Positions 63,364 through 64,000 of a stretch of 64,000 bases of DNA are shown in pieces (positions within the stretch are counted from its first letter, which is position 1; each line of letters opens with the position of its first letter). Location: contig OZ320320.1 of NCBI GenBank assembly GCA_976226885.1, forward strand, positions 75,392,001 through 75,456,000, in the 5' to 3' direction. Position numbers and translations under genes: made by a program. The notes under the pieces were generated by a model, which was not told the DNA's origin, ran no database searches, and worked only from the letters and a program-made list of their open reading frames with translations. Source of the stretch: Iphione sp. A-MEVVRFRX5 (lineage: Eukaryota).

Positions 63364-64000
63364 ATATGTAAGAGAGAAGGAGTGTAAATTCAGACACTTG
63401 TACTTCATACCGGACAAGTGAACCAGGTCCACCAATGTGAGCTTTTTTTACTACTTCACAAGAAACACTTAAAGCTGAGCAAGAAACACTTAAAGCTGAG
63501 CGAGGTCATGCTACAACTGTTTTGGAGCTACAGTTCACCTATTTTCTATGTCTTCTGCTCTAGTGCACATTAGGTAGACAGTCTGCACTGAACCTGACCA
63601 TACGATGTAACTTTAAATAGAATCGTAATTTATGTCCTTCATACCTCCTGTGTACACAATATCTAACCTAACCATATTTTTCCAAAGAACTTTTCATGTC
63701 AGCATGCTATAATTCAAGCATAGGGAACAAATAATGTTGCGCTATATGCTTTTCTTGGCATTGCTCTGATAACAAGATCGAAGTTTAAAGAGACTCATCA
63801 CGACAAACCATCATTTTTCATCCCCAAATCAAGGTTGGAGTCCTGTGAGAAAGGAACCCTCTTATTATCATTAGTTCCCCCATCGGGACCCGTGCCACAC
63901 GAGCTTTTGAAACAGTCCGCACACATAAATCAGTCCAAGGCATGACTTGCCGATTCTAATACATTATCCGAAAGTAGATTGCTGCAAAATGGTAGTTTTC

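Noticed and set aside
1-64000. CRISPR array, rRNA or prokaryotic operon
   Set aside because: No regularly spaced repeat-spacer array or rRNA signature. The repeat content is eukaryotic.

Overview
Repeat-rich animal genomic DNA, probably from an invertebrate, with two assembly gaps. I could not recognise any intact host protein-coding gene. The main feature is a complete but decayed 11.2 kb Ty3/Gypsy LTR retroelement (32732-43903; 4-bp TTGG target-site duplication; tRNA-His-like primer site). Besides gag and PR-RT-RH-IN pol, it carries an unexplained ORF upstream of gag, a long extension after the integrase, and an env-like gene with class I fusion protein architecture. It therefore looks like an endogenous enveloped retrovirus-like (errantivirus-like) element. 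Its decay is almost entirely transitions, largely at CpG. Its 3' LTR contains a tRNA-derived SINE and a TA-inserting MITE. Elsewhere there are solo LTRs from two other families, Tc1/mariner-like and Zator-like MITEs, and CR1/L2-type LINE fragments. There is also a fossil coiled-coil plus SGNH-esterase ORF1 broken by nested insertions, and a structurally complete minimal hammerhead ribozyme of the Penelope type at 19260-19300. The first ~13.7 kb is a compositionally distinct, SSR- and poly-C-rich domain that I could not identify. All calls come from reading the sequence by eye; no searches were run.
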